From NCBI GenBank assembly GCA_964539925.1, contig CAZILB010000004.1, forward strand, positions 1-57,679: DNA of 57,679 nt, in the 5' to 3' direction. Origin of the DNA: an uncultured Syntrophobacter sp. (GTDB lineage Bacteria > Desulfobacterota > Binatia > UBA9968). Shown here piece after piece: positions 57,642 through 57,679 of this stretch; the first letter of the stretch is position 1, and each line of letters begins with the position of its first letter. The notes below the pieces were generated by a model, which saw only the letters and a list, made by a program, of their open reading frames with translations, searched no databases and was not told the DNA's origin. Both the position numbers and the translations under genes were made by a program.

Positions 57642-57679
57642 ATGGCAAAAAACGGTTTTAAGGCGATGGACTCCGACAT
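57642..57679 (+). CDS. 5' end of an unidentified gene (MAKNGFKAMDSD...), cut by window edge
   Basis: AAGGAG lies 7 nt upstream of ATG 57642. Only 12 codons are visible. The N-terminus resembles some amidohydrolase_2 proteins, but there is far too little sequence to call. Confidence 0.35.
   Translation, partial: MAKNGFKAMDSD

Overview
A 57.7-kb, visibly GC-rich chromosomal window from a Gram-negative bacterium (it carries Tol-Pal). From about 1 to 36.4 kb it holds conserved housekeeping genes, almost all on the minus strand. These are a zinc-ribbon gene, a DLH gene and leuD-leuC; a two-gene insert (PuuE-like deacetylase plus an M29/NicX-like protein); truA-asd-leuB-leuA; pssA-psd-ilvC (phospholipid genes embedded in the branched-chain amino acid cluster); ilvN-ilvB behind a DUF465 gene; the rpsB-tsf-pyrH-frr-uppS-cdsA-dxr-rseP-tsaB block; rho; rluD-ribF; and tolQ-tolR-tolA-tolB-pal-cpoB. 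These are followed on the plus strand by pgk-tpiA-secG and tRNA-Leu(GAG). Directly after the tRNA the character changes, with AT-richer non-coding stretches and an orphan excisionase-type HTH gene. A roughly 21-kb accessory, catabolic-looking region follows. It encodes a UbiD-family decarboxylase, bactofilin, an adenine-deaminase-like amidohydrolase, lspA, sugE, an ACMSD-type amidohydrolase, ltaE, an orphan PqqC-like protein, an orphan ABC ATPase plus a secreted MBL hydrolase, and a roughly 10-kb unidirectional 8-gene cluster. That cluster reads ABM monooxygenase, family-5 SBP, LLM oxidoreductase, hydantoinase/oxoprolinase A and B, SDR, KDPG/KHG-type aldolase, and a 4,5-dihydroxyphthalate-decarboxylase-like protein. 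The most interesting item is a gene the ORF track cannot see (43217..43711). An in-frame TGA sits exactly at the first Cys of the WCPYC redox motif of a peroxiredoxin-like thioredoxin-fold protein, with small hairpins just downstream, making it a candidate selenoprotein. Two dispersed palindromic repeat families (GTTCAA/TTGAAC hexamer clusters and GTCATTTCG...CGAAATGAC elements) occupy intercistronic spacers. No CRISPR array, rRNA, transposase or integrase was seen. All functional calls come from reading the supplied translations by eye; no database search was run. Many long ORFs in the track are antisense shadow ORFs typical of GC-rich DNA and were not called.
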